This document shows, in pieces, positions 20,768 to 34,005 of a DNA stretch of 64,000 nt (within the stretch, counting starts at the first letter, position 1; each line of letters begins with the position of its first letter). Location of the stretch: the NCBI GenBank assembly GCA_043228905.1, contig JBHGNT010000004.1:2480001-2544000 (forward strand), given 5' to 3'. This stretch comes from Azolla caroliniana (taxonomy: Eukaryota; Plantae; Polypodiophyta). The position numbers were made by a program, and so were the translations under genes. The notes below the pieces were generated by a model. The model had not been told where the DNA came from. It did not search any database and saw only the letters and a list, made by a program, of their open reading frames with translations.

Positions 20768-22136
20768 CATGATGCTTGGACAGAAAAAATACTTGCCATG
20801 GGGCCGCATGTTAGGGTACAATGTTAGTTCAGTAAGAGAGTGGGATGTTTTCAAAATGAAGAGGAGGGAGGGTCAGTTTGGTAGCATTTCTTGTAGGCTT
20901 GAGAAGGTGACCCAACTGATAAATAAGGCTGTTGATGGTCTAGATAGGTTGGATAAGGAAGAGGGGGTCTGGTCTGGGTGGTTTGTAGGTGAGAGTGATG
21001 GACAAATTATCCGTGGCAAGTGTCCATCTAATGAATATCGTTTGTGGGGAAACCTAAGTGCTTTGTCCGACAATGGTCAGTGGTTGGTAGTGCGGGTGGC
21101 AGTGTTGGAAGGTAAGAAGTGGCAATTAAACCCAGACCCAGGGAAGCTAGATAATGATTGTAAACTATGGCTATTGGACAACAAGCCTCTACATGATTTG
21201 GAGTGGGATCCACTAGAGGTATGGTGGCAAAAACCAGGAACGAACAAACTGGTGGGGTTTTTTTATTATAGTACTAAGCTCGGAAGGCAAATCATTGGCT
21301 CCAAATCAGTGGGTGCTGCTCAAACTCGCAATAGTTGGAGGGATAAAGGCATATCAGATGACTTGTTGAAGTCGTTTTGGCGGAGACTATGGGCATCTGA
21401 TATGCCAGAAAAAATCAAGGTGTGGTTTTGGCTTCTTAGTCATAAGGCGTTACCGGTAGGGGAGTGGATGAGGTCTCGTGGTGGGGAGGTTGGTTGCCTG
21501 TTATGTGGTCACTCTTTGGAATTGATACCTCACTGTTTTTGGAATTGTGCAGAGGCAATCAGCATTTGGGGTCGAAGTCTCAGGATAGTGGCAGCATGCG
21601 GGGTGAATGGGAGAGTTGTGTGGGGGTCCTTACAGGGTTTGAAACTAACTAAGGAAGGTTGGGCGGAACAATTAAATCCACATGGTCATGGTTTTATATT
21701 GCAGGGCGGCAGTGTATTCAAAAGTGTGGGAGTAGAACCTGGTACAAACTCTGGTTTTTTTGAGGAGATATGGATGTTGGTGGCATGCTTCTCGGTCTGG
21801 CACATTTGGACCAGACGATGTATGCTGGTTTTTCAGCAACGAAAACTCCCAAGCGGTGAGGTGTTGCTAAACATTTGGTTCGAGCTGGTATCTTGGCTGC
21901 GCGGACAGTACAACTCAATTGAAGGGAACTCGGATGCAGCAGACAGGGCTCGCTCAAAGTTTTTGCTGAAATGGGGTCGCTCTCCTATGATGGTTAATTC
22001 AGCGTCTGGTCCTAAATGGAATTACCAAGCACCAAGATGGTTGTTTCCGCCATTGGCTTTCGTTGTGAATATGTGGTCACCATGGTGGTCACTATGTGAA
22101 AAGAGGCAGTGGGTTACTCTTGTTGTAAATAGTTAG
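20768..22136 (+). CDS. LINE ORF2 segment 3: C-terminal region with zf-RVT
   Basis: KIKVWFWLL...CLLCGHSLELIPHCFWNC, WHIW motifs; stop ~80 bp before the poly-A. Confidence 0.9.
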
Positions 22137-22249
22137 GTGAGGATTATGTTGTTTTGATTATGGCTGTTCTTCGATGTAATTCTTTTGCTAACTAATGGGA
22201 AGTAGTGTTTTTTTGGAAAAAAAAAAAAGACCGTTTGACAAGTTGTTGC

Positions 22250-22737
22250 TTAGAATTCTATGAGCAAACAAACCCCATGGTCTTGGTTACATTTCTCAAA
22301 ACATGATTTGACCTGGATGTTCTTCATCATCATTTGCTAAAAGAGTAGAGTGGTTGGAGAATATTTTCCTTCTTTATTATTTGATCATATTCCTAAGTCT
22401 TGGTTTGGAAAATGGCCATTTTATATAGTAATGAACATTGGCTAACCGAAATGCTTGTATCTCTTTTATGAGAACTTTAGACATATCTTCATTTGTCTAG
22501 CATCATATATTAGAACTCTGTTGAGCAAACAAAACCATTGTCTTGGTTACATTTCTTAAAACATTATTTGAATTGGATGATGTTCTTCATCATCATATGT
22601 TAAAAGAGTGGTTGGAGAATCTTTTTCTTGTTTATTATTTGATCATATTCAGACTTTGTAGTAATGAGCATTGGCTTACCTAAATGCTTGTATCTCTTTT
22701 CGGAGAACTTTAGACATATCTTCATTTGTCTAACATC
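22250..22737. repeat. Diverged tandem duplication, two ~250-bp units
   Basis: TGAGCAAACAAA...TCTTGGTTACATTTCT...GAGAACTTTAGACATATCTTCATTTGTCTA occurs at ~22260-22500 and ~22520-22735. Confidence 0.85.
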
Positions 22738-24932
22738 GAACCAGACAAATGCACGTTGCTTGCTCTATGATTCGTTCTAGTGTTGTGGATGTCAATGGTT
22801 CTTGTAGATGATGGTCCCTTACGTATCCAAAATAATTAGTTTGTAATGTGGGGATCTTGAATTTGATGAATTCCGATTCGCCTCTTGTTTGGAATAACTT
22901 CATGGTGAGAATATGTATTAAATAGAGTATGGTTTTTATCAACTTAAACAAATTGGTATCATTTGGTTGGTACAATTGTAGTATATGGACATGCCCTCTT
23001 TCAACGATATAATAATTTGGGGATATATTGTGAGTTTGATGTCTAGTTAAGGAGAGGGCACATCAAATTAACTCCAACGTCATATTTGTTACCCATTCTT
23101 GTCCAATAGGTTTGGGATAATAACGATTCACAACATACATTCAAAAGGTGTTAACACAACGATTGCTTAGAGGGAGAGAGGTTGGAGACTTTAGTGCACA
23201 AAGAGGGATCTTGCTTTAAAGTTGTGTTTCAACACTATGCATTGTATGTCATTGGAGGGTGAATGATAGTTATATTATAACTACATAAATGTGTAATGCA
23301 AAGAATCATAAAGTACCCACTCATGGTATAGGGACTAGTAGCCAACTATAATGAGTAGAATACATTGTCACCCTTTTTTAGTTTACACTCACCATCCTTG
23401 TATTGGCAATACATGCATATGTTTGTGTAAATAAATCTTAGTCATTGGGGCCTCACCTCTAAAAAGTGATGTATTATAAGCCATGTCTTGTAAACATTGC
23501 CTTCACCTTAATTATAACATCATGGCAATGTTTACAAGACATGTGGAAGCTCACATTTGTTTCTTGGTAGAATCCCAATCCATTTTTACATCATGAGCTT
23601 CCACATGTAGGAGTTGCATATATTGCCTCGATGCTCATGATGAGCTTTTTTGGATAGAGGAAGGAAGACATGAAAATTTTGGTTCTTTCTCAAACGGGAA
23701 AAATATGCACAAATTCTTGATGGTGGTTCACATAGACAAGTACGTACGAGATCAACATGGACGGGCCACAATGGTAATTTCTTACTTGCAACCTAGTTCC
23801 TTATAAGATTGTAATGTTATTCTCACATTCTTGTTCCATAAGGAACATGTGCTACAACTCAAAAGTTGAATGTTATCCACATTGATACTCTTGAGTTAGC
23901 TCATATCCTTGTCATGCAAACATATTGTTCTGTATATTACATGATCACATTGCGCACTCGAGTTTCATTTTGCATCCCATCATCTTTTTTCTAGTCCTCA
24001 CCTTGCAATACCTTGAAAGGAGAAACCCATTGAAAATGGTTAGGATTTGTGATCGAGATTAAATGATTATTTATAAAAAGTGTGTACAATTGAAGAGAAT
24101 ATGCTATCATCGGTCAAGCAAAAGTGCAAGGAGTCATGCCAAAAGGAGGAGAATAGGGGTGCCATATGTAGGGTGTCTAGTGGTCACCATAATATCTTTC
24201 CAAATAAAAGGAACATTTATGAGTTCTAAGTTACATACCTTTTTCAAGGAAGAGAAAATGGTAGGATTGAAAAATATGAACAATGAAAACAAAATATCGT
24301 ACCAAAAAAGAAAAAGATACCCCTTTATGGGTGTCTTCATACGATTTTCTTAAGACAAGAATCTCACAACATGATCACATGGGTGACATTCGCAACAACA
24401 TTTTAACATTATGCCAAAATATTCAACATTTCTAATATACAAAAGAAAACACCAATGACAATGCTTGCAAGGTTGTTGGAATGAATTTCCTCATTTTGAC
24501 AACAAAAATTCTCTCGAATGCCATGTATCTATGATTCCAAAGAAAACAAGTGTGGAACCGTCCAAATGATTCCAACAAAGTGTTTTCAAACAATGTTGAT
24601 GTTTGTTATTTGTAAATCATAATGTAACATCTACACACAATTGTACCTGCCCTGCCCTCTGTGATATTAGAAATTAATAAGCCAAAGGTGCATTGATACC
24701 AAAGGATGGGAGGAAGTCATTCTTTCTAGTATACAATAAAATCATACATCAAGTACATCGTTGCCTTATGCATAAGAACGAAACTCCTTGTCCAATTTCT
24801 ACTTTTTAAGCCAACTTTAATCTATTAAAGGAGGTGTTCGAGCATTAGTCAGACCACCAAGTTTTGTAATATATACAACATAGAGCAATGGTTGATCCGA
24901 CTATCATAAATTAGTGTTGCATTGTAATGTCC

Positions 24933-24937
<5 letters not shown>

Positions 24938-24971
<34 letters not shown>
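24938..24971. repeat. (GA)n microsatellite
   Basis: Read directly. Confidence 0.95.
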
Positions 24972-24973
<2 letters not shown>

Positions 24974-26067
24974 CAAGGGACACAGACATATGTGCAACGT
25001 GTCTTTGTGCATTTATGCATTTTAGAAGTTCATGTCTGCAATTGAACATGCAAAATTCGTAGACATATAGTAAATGGTAAGGTAGTTATGTGAGTCATTG
25101 TACAATTTTGTCCTGTTTGGCAAAGAAAAATATGAAAATGTTAAGCACATGTCTCCACACTAGTTACTTATGGGTTTGACCCTTGACAATGCATATACAT
25201 GATGTGCTTATCCATCATTGTCCTAGAGTGCTCATTTGCTTACATAAGGAGTTGTTAGTAAAATACAATGTTTTACTTATTGTGGCAGTTAAAGTATAAT
25301 TCACAGGCCGGTTGGATTCATTCACCAAGACTATGAACATGTGATTTAGAATTTTGTTGTTCCTAATCACCACCTTAATAGACTTCATCCAATAACTCAA
25401 TCAGGGCTTTGAGGATAAGTCCTCTCATATGAAAACATCAAAGTAGTGTTATTGGCCCCTATGCAAACAACTATTGACATTATGAAGATGGAGCTATGTC
25501 ACATTTTCATGCGAAAATATAAAATTGGTGTTATTGGCCTCTTGACTTTAGATCACCATATGCAAACAACTATTAAGATTATCAAGATGGAGCCATGTTG
25601 CATTCTCTGTTGTTCCCCTTCACTCCTCTAATGCTTAGTTGTAAGAGAAACATAAAGTTATGGTATTATAACCTCTTATTTCATATTGACAGGGAGTCTA
25701 GGTCTTCATCCTCAAACATAACATCTCCATAAGCACACTTTCTCCTTACATGTTTACATCTCTGCATCCAGCCTAACGGAACAAAGAGCGTTTCATGCCT
25801 TGTAACACTCTTTTTGGGTCCTGTGGCCATGTTTCTCGCCTAATAGAGTAACACTTCTTTCAAGTCCCATAATGACGACAATATGTGGCTCTATCCAGTC
25901 GTAGTGCTATTTAATCAGGACCCAATTATATATATATATAGGTTGCCATGTTTCCTCGTGTAGTTGAAGGGTGTGGTTTCGAGCATAGTATGAACCCATA
26001 CGTGCATTCTATGGTAAACACCCTCGAAGTATGGTAAATACCATACTTTTGTATTCATTATTTATTA

Positions 26068-26380
26068 GGGAAAAGTACCAGGATACCCCTGGAAGTTCGT
26101 CTATTTACCAGAATGCCCCTGTAAGTTCCAAATTTACCAAACTACCCCTATGTCCAAAAAATTACACTTTATAAAGTAATTATACACTCAAATCTTTGGT
26201 AAATAGGGCTAGTTCGGCTCCATTTCTTCCATCTTTGGTAAATAGGGCTTGTAGATTTGAGTGTATACTTACTTTATAAAGTGTAATTTTTTGGACATAG
26301 GGGTAGTTTGGTAAATTTGAAACTTCCAGGGGCATTATGGTAAATAGATGAACTTCCAGGGGTATCTTGGTACTTTTCCC
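26068..26380. mobile_element. Mutator-like (MULE) MITE copy 1, 313 bp
   Basis: ~125-bp TIRs GGGAAAAGTACCA...TGGTACTTTTCCC; 9-bp TSD TATTTATTA (26059-26067, 26381-26389). Confidence 0.92.
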
Positions 26381-26754
26381 TATTTATTATAAGGCAGTGA
26401 AGGTAAAAAGTGTTAGAAAAGAGAGAGAAAGAGAGAATGTTTTGATAACATTCGCATTCGTATGAAAAGGAATACTTCTCAGTTAATAATAGTCCACAGA
26501 TACCAAGCCATTGTGTATTGAGGTTCAATGTATTAAATAATTAGCATACCTATAGATTGTTGCAGGGTGGGTGTTATGATCCAAACCCTTCCAAAGTGCC
26601 CCCTCTCTCAAGACATATCTACTACTAAATCAAGACATATTCCCTCCATCATGATTATAATACCTATAGTTAGTTAGATGCTAGCATTAGTGAGAGCATA
26701 AACAGAAAGAAACCAACTGTTCCTGGTAGATTTGATCACCTAACCTCCTGTAAC

Positions 26755-28220
26755 ATGCTTGTCTGTTTAGTTTGCCCCAAGCAAAACCACATCAATCATC
26801 ATCATCACCATCACCATAACCACCATCATGAAGTCTCATCTGCATCCTCTCCAGCACAAGCTGTAATGGATTCAGATGGTGGGGCTGATTTATACGGTAA
26901 CTGTAAGATCAGCACTCAGTCCCCAACTGTAGTATATAGCAAGCAAGAATGCAACATCAAATCCTTCACAAATCAGGTAATTTATTCCATGGACTGTACC
27001 ATTCCTAATCCTGCATTCAGTCGGATTTATGACCTTGTCATTCATTCATTCCTATTTTCGACCAATTTTTTAGGTTATTTTAAATTGCTCCACCTATATA
27101 TATATATACAGAGAGAGAATCTTATATCTCTTATTTTGTTGAGAATCATAGCTATCTAGAGCATTATTGCTTGGAATCTTGATATCATAATGAATATTTG
27201 AGCGAAAACATTTAAAGACAATTTTAACAGAAGGGTTGTAACAATTGATTCATTAGTTTCATTCCAATATGTTTCAGGTGAAGGAGATTGTGATGAAATT
27301 CTCCGCGAGCTGCACTCCTCCGAAATTATGCAGCAACAAACACGAAATCAACGAAGATAGTCTGCCAGATTCAAAGAATAAGAAGAATGATGTGATCGGT
27401 AATAAAATGGATCCTGAACTCTGCATGATGAAGGTGGATAGGTACATGGTCGAATCGGACTTGATCCGGCCTCGATTGGTAGCAAGTTACGAGGAGATTC
27501 TTCCACCTCCCAGGATTAAACGATCCAAAAGGAAGATTCAGCAGAAGCAGGAGAGTGAGGAGGGATCAAGTGTAATGGACGAAGGAGAAGAAGAAGGCGA
27601 TGGAAAGGGCGAGGAATGGGTAGCACAGGTGGAGCCAGGGGTCACCATCACGCTGATGGCCCTCCCCAATGGATCCAATTCCCTGAAACGCATCAGATTC
27701 CGGTAAGCACCACTTTCCAATCCAATTCTCCAAATTTAGGCCGACTCGACAGGATCATCCAACATGTACAAATTGCACACTATTTTGTCTGTTTTTTTAA
27801 ATTCTTTTTCTTTTTTCCCGCCAGTTTTCTGTGGAGGTTGCAATGTTGTTAAAACTAGTGGTCCACCTTGAATTTCCTGAATCTCTGAGTTTCATGGAAT
27901 ACTCAGGGGAACCTCCCCTCATTCCTTTGAGTTTTATAGAAGACTCCATGGAATCTCGAGGATGCAATCAAAACACTTACTTAATATATGGCTCTCCCAT
28001 TCACTTGCTTGCAGTTATGGGTAATTAAGACTGTAATTAAAGCTAGTGTAGTGTACATCAATCTTAACTACTCAAAAGCTATGTATGGCAAATTGATTAC
28101 ATGTCAATGCCCTAATTATTGTGGTTTTCATAAGGGTTTGCCGGTTCAAGAGTCTCAGGCTTCAATCCTTTCCCACACATTGGCCCCATTTTAGGAGGGG
28201 GGTTAATGTTGTTAGATACA

Positions 28221-28251
<31 letters not shown>

Positions 28252-31200
28252 GATTGATTGATTGTTCAAGAAGTCATTGTAATTAGTGAGAGGCACCTTT
28301 ATCTAAAGCATTCTTACATGTTTTTTTACCTTCTCCTCCCATTCTTCTTTTAGTAAGTGTACAAATTGAGACATTCAAATAATTTTGTTCAAGAAACTCC
28401 CGGGAACACCACCCTTGGGACAGCTTGCACAACCATTTTAGAGTGTAGCTCCATGAAGGTCATGAGAGCACTACCAAAATTTGGTGAGCTTCCTTATCAT
28501 CGTCTCATGTGCATTAAGATTGTTCACATTGCATATACAGTCCATTGGAGATTGCATTGTGATTCGTTAACTACAAAATTATAGTGTTCACCTCATTCTC
28601 CTTAATATATGCATCAAAGGGGGTATTTTGCCATGACCAATAATTGATTATGTGGTCACTAGATTGTCACAAATAATGTCACCAAATGGACACTCCAAAT
28701 GATCATCAATAAACATAACATGTTATCCAACACCAAACAAATGAAACAACTTAATTTAATGGTTTGTCTTCATATAAAACTATATACTCTTGATCATTTT
28801 TGGGCTTCTATTATGTTAGACTTATTGCCATTAGGATTTATCAACCTGTTTCCATTTCCAAAAGGATGCATCAAGTATCACAATGATGCAAGAACTTAGA
28901 ACATTGGTTAAAGTCTTATTAGCAAACATCAAGGAAACATATATGTCTCCAATTTAGTGATTAGTGTTACCCAAGAAGTCAACGTTGAGCTCGTTTTGTT
29001 CCATAATCATGTTGATATTATTATGTCTAGGTCTTCTTAATTAAGGTTCATGATCTTTGGAACTATGATGTTTTTTCTCCTTGCAACTGGAGCCCACTAT
29101 TTGCCATTGGGTTAGGCTGCCAAGAACCAAGAACCCCTTGTCTTAGCTAGCACTCTCCCTTGCCATTGGGTTAGGCTGCCAAGAACCAAGAACCCCTTGT
29201 CTTAGCTAGCACTCTCCCTTTCTATTATGTATTTCTTTGATCGTTAGACAATATAGTCTCTAGAGCCAACATTTAAAAAGCCTTAATATGGTACATGACC
29301 ACTAGACAATGTGTTCTTTTGATTGTTGGACCAACATATAAAAAATCCATAGGATGTTAGTTTGATAGCTTAAGAGTATGCTTTTATGAGCGTTGGAGAA
29401 CGAGAACACATTAAAAATCCTATGGTGTAAGTTTGACTTTTGATCATTAGAATCCATATTTGAACCCTTAGGAGGCTCATTGTGCAACATTACCTAATGT
29501 TTGTTCTTATTTTATAACAACAACGATGATGCAAATATCAAAGAGTAACATTTCCTAGGTTTTTACAACTTAATATCATCTTAGTAACATGTAAAGTTGC
29601 CGTATGTAATAAAATATAATTTTGAATGGGCGAGTTGTGCAATTTGTGTGGGAATTAGCTAGAAACCATGAATAAGTAGGGGGATCATATGAGTGTACCA
29701 ACTTATATTAATTGGTATTGGTTTAGTTATTCAGGTTAGTTTAATAAAAGCAATAGTAATGCTGATAAAGTGAAAGATTGAATGGGATAATAAAGGAAGG
29801 ATCGAGGAATTGTGGTACTGATTAACTAATGAATGTAATATAGTCAGGAGATGTTTAGCAAATGGGAAGCACAACAATGGTGGGTGGAGAATAGCGACAT
29901 GGTTTGTGAGTTGTATAGTGTCACCAACAAGGGGCCACCCAATAATGCCAAACATTCAGCATCGACATCATCATCATCATCATCTAATCAAATGGTAACT
30001 TAATTAAATGGGCCCATTCTAATTTTTGGAAGGGAAAAATAACCAAAAAATACACTTATGCATACTAGAATTTCAAAATGTGTGCTCTTTCATTAGTAAA
30101 TTATATAGTTAGAAGTTGGGGGATCATAAACACAATGGAAATTAAAGTATTATAGGGCATAGGATATATTTAGAGAATAATTTAAGTTAATCAAACTAAA
30201 AAGCATAATTAACTAGCTTAATCTACAAGTTAAAAGTATTCTATGAATTAATTCACCGGGGAGTAAATTTTGGAAGGGAAAAATAACCAAAACCCTAAAC
30301 CCTATGCACACTAGAACTTCAAAACGTGTGCTCGTTCATTAGTAAATTATATAGGTAGAAGTTGGGGAATCATTAACACAATGGAAATTAAAGTATCATC
30401 GGGCATAGGATATATTTAGAGAATAATTTAAGTTAATCAAACTAAAAAGCATAATTAACTAGCTTAATCTACAAATTAAAAGTATTCTATGAATTAATTC
30501 ACCATATAATTGATGTTACTTCTAATTAAGATTGAAACATTCACTAACTAGTTACTAATGTAATCGTATTAAGATGGTCCAAGATTATGGCGTTAAAAAT
30601 ATTGTGGACTTGTGATATTGATTCAATACATTTATGAGAGATAAATGTAATGACAAACGTAACATTTTATGAGACTTGACACACACATTGTTTGTGCATG
30701 TGTGGAAGAGTGGAAGACAAGAAGATCTACAAAAATTGAAATGACAAACATAAGACTGGAAGTTTATACCAAACAACATGTAAAAGAAAGCCTAACTAGT
30801 ACACCTAAACCATAGTAACATGTAAATGGAAAACATCATTTGATAGGCAATTTGCAAGCCCATAGTTGAGCTTGCACCCCTAATTAGATGAAGCATATGG
30901 AGGTTACATGTCTCACCTTGGTAAATTTGACCCTCGACTCATGAGAGGCACATGACAACAACTTAAAAATTTGGACAAGTAAAAGGAAATGCCAAAACGG
31001 GAGAAAATGAGAATATTAGTTTATTCAAATTCATATAAATATTTTTTCCAAAGTGAATGAGGGCGAATTGCTTCTCTTCTTCTCAATGTTATTTGGGAGT
31101 TAGAGGATGTATACTAAATCATTGATGTTCGGTTGAAGTAATGATGCGTACATATTCTTGTAACCATGTGTTAATTGTTGTGTTCTACTTATGTTATAGC

Positions 31201-31721
31201 TACAAAACACACCAATGGTTGCATCGAAGGAAGGTAGCCCACAATCGTGCAATAATGCAAATTACTCAAATTCAATGATACATTCAAGATTGATGCAATT
31301 AAGTACTTCTATGTATCAACATGAAAGAGAATATGATCATGTCCCAGAAAATCTCTCTCTTGGAAACAAATATCTAGTTGATGAACTCTTTCTTCATCAA
31401 ATGAAACGTTGTGACCAATTGCACGAAGAAGAGGAAGATGATTATTTTTGTGGGGCCAATCGTCAAAGTAGTTCTACATTTAAAGACCCATGCTTATGGG
31501 GATCATCAAATTTTAGAGGAGTAAAGAATATGAACAAGGGCTTTAGTTCTATTTATTTCAATCTTCAACTTCATGATGATGAACAAGAGGATGAGTTTGA
31601 AGATAATGATGTTGATCATGATTATGGCTTGTCAAGCATGAACAAAGATTCAAGACATGATCAAAATATTGTGGATCATCATCACCATCTCGAGAACACG
31701 AGTGAGTTTGGTTCTATATAG
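26755..31721 (+). CDS. BRXL: BREVIS RADIX-family protein with a single BRX domain (~439 aa)
   Basis: Exons 26755-26976, 27278-27702, 29844-29994, 31200-31721, GT-AG and phase-consistent. MLVCLVCPKQ start (cf. MLTCIAC); IKSFTNQ|VKEIVMKFS BRX_N; EWVAQVEPGVTITL...LKRIRF|RQEMFSKWEAQQWW BRX domain. Last exon less certain. Confidence 0.85.
29101..29220. repeat. Perfect 59-bp tandem duplication in BRX intron 2
   Basis: TTGCCATTGGGTTAGG...CACTCTCCC twice. Confidence 0.92.
30020..30503. repeat. ~245-bp tandem duplication in BRX intron 3
   Basis: TTTTGGAAGGGAAAAATAACCAAAA...GAATTAATTCACC twice. Confidence 0.9.
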
Positions 31722-33489
31722 TTTATATCTCCAATGCTTAATGATATATGTATATTGCTAAGCATCAATGCATTTAATATATTTGATACGAAATCACTAT
31801 GATTCAACATCCCATCAACTGACATGAGGAACACAAATGGAAATTTAGGTCACAATACTCAATAATGGAGTTAACGAGACCTAGTAGAATTGATCAACAA
31901 TTTTTTATCATGAAACATGTACCAAACAACATATAGTAGGTGTCCTTTACCTACAATGTGATGTCGAGCAATTGATATTGCCACTCGTTTGCCTCAAGTT
32001 ATGTTCCTTAATTTCTTATGACCCCAAAGGCCACAAAATTTGTTACTTCTAGCCATGATCAATTAGGAGCATTGAGAAACACACATCTTCTTTCAATAAT
32101 AGAATAATAACAATTGCTATATTGACTTGCTATCATGATGACTAATGGTGTATCATCCACAAGGGGTGATCACAACAATGTGAATGTGTCATCTACTTCC
32201 AATCAAAGGATAATTATTGATATATTGTCTTGTTTGCAGCTTATAAAGATGATCTCGTCCTTCTAGTTCCCTATATCAAATGTCAATATCCATACAAAAA
32301 ATTGTGCAAGTTTGCATGGTACCTTAATCTTGTTGGACGCTAAGATGCATTGGTGCCCATTTATTAGAAAAAATGTATAACTAGTTTGAGCATACGTATG
32401 TAAAGTCAATAACCAGGCAAGTTTCCATGTGCTAGCCTCCATTAGCAAGTGTATTCCTATGGTTGGTGTCAATATTCAAAGCCACTATGTGTGACTCGAC
32501 CCACAACCTTAGGATTGCAAATCAAAGGCTTCATTACAATGTCGCCATGTTTATCTTGAACTTTAAGAGCTTTTTGAATCTTTAAGCAATAATTTGCTAG
32601 ATATTGGGGGACATCTATACAATCCCCATGTAGAGGCAATTCATTCATATGATGCTTCAACACTTGGTGTCTTATTGTTATACTTTTCTTTGTTTTGAAA
32701 TTGGTATATACTCAATTAATCCATGATTTTTCATTAATCCCCACACTCTTTGCTCATTTAGAGATTGATTCTTTTTCTCTTGTTCTTCTTTTGATTTCCA
32801 GAATTTGATTGTCATACCACGACTACCCAATTTTCCACAATATGTTTATTTATCCTCTAGATATATAGGCAATCCAATGTGCCATACTTACTTGCAAAAA
32901 TCTCCTCCCATATAATTCCTCAATGGCCGCACTACAATTTGTCGTCATTTGATTGCAATTTGTTGGCTTGTTTTGTAGATGCTTATCACTTTACGAAGAG
33001 TTTCATGCTATTACATGCAACTATCTTACTTGCAAACGTTAGTTGGTTTTAGAAACTAAATGATAATTACGTAGTTATAAGTATGAGAACTAAATGTCGC
33101 AAAAAAGTATATAGTTTACAAAAATGAGTTGTGAAAAAATGTTTTACGTTATCTAGAACATTTTTTAAAAGTAGTTACAATTAGATTCTTTATACATAAA
33201 TAGAATAGAATATGTAACTATTGAAACTAGATATAATAACCTATGTCAGTAAATGTGTTGTTTATAAAGTTGAATGATGAATTGAGATAATATTTGAAGA
33301 TGTATTTAAGAGTTCTTTTAACACTCCACTATAAACAAGACATTATGTGTAGTGGTCTTGGCATATCAATTAATTACTTGACAAGGCTTACCCAACCAAT
33401 GATGGATCCACTTAAGATCACACCTCCAACAAGATGAAGTAGTATTGGTTCATTTACATAATCCAAAGCATGGGTGATTGCTCAAAAGC

Positions 33490-34005
33490 AAAACATCAAT
33501 ATATAATATCACATTGGCTAAGCTTAAGCATGGTATTTGCATCATCTTTGAATGGGCACCATTATTAAGGATTATACTAATGATATTAAAACATCAATAT
33601 ATAATAGGGAAAAGTACCAAGATGCCCTTGGAAGTTCGTCTATTTACCAGAATGCCCCTAGAAGTTCCAAATTTACCAAACTACCCCTATGTCCAAAAAA
33701 ATACACTTTATAAAGTAAGTACAAAGAACCCAAAGAATCTCTTAAGTAAAGAAATTTGTGTTTGAAGGGTATTCTGGTAAATGGGGCTTATAGATTTGAG
33801 TGTATAATTACTTTATAAAGTGTATTTTTTTTGGACATAGGGGTAATTTGGTAAATTTGGAACTTCCAAGGGCATTCTGGTAAATAGACGAACTTCCAAG
33901 GGTATACTGGTACTTTTCCCTATATAATATCACATTGTCTAAGCTCAAGCATGGTATTTGCATCATCTTTGATTGGGCACCATTACTATGGATTATACTA
34001 ACGAT
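33490..34005. repeat. ~98-bp tandem duplication whose second unit is split by MITE copy 2
   Basis: AAACATCAATATATAATATCACATTG...GATTATACTAA occurs intact, then interrupted. Confidence 0.85.
33607..33920. mobile_element. Mutator-like MITE copy 2, 314 bp (same family as 26068-26380)
   Basis: Same TIRs; 9-bp TSD TATATAATA (33598-33606, 33921-33929). Confidence 0.92.

Larger units (their letters stand above)
1587..22226 (+). mobile_element. L1-clade LINE, 5'-truncated (~5.45 kb once the two nested LTR elements are removed)
   Basis: Direct repeat AAGACCGTTTGACA at 1573-1586 and 22227-22240 (TSD); poly-A from 22217; ORF1 fragment followed by endonuclease/RT/zf-RVT ORF2. Confidence 0.93.

Noticed and set aside
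26068-33920. Single Pack-MULE or composite transposon carrying the BRX gene
   Set aside because: Each MITE has its own complete TIR pair and a different TSD.
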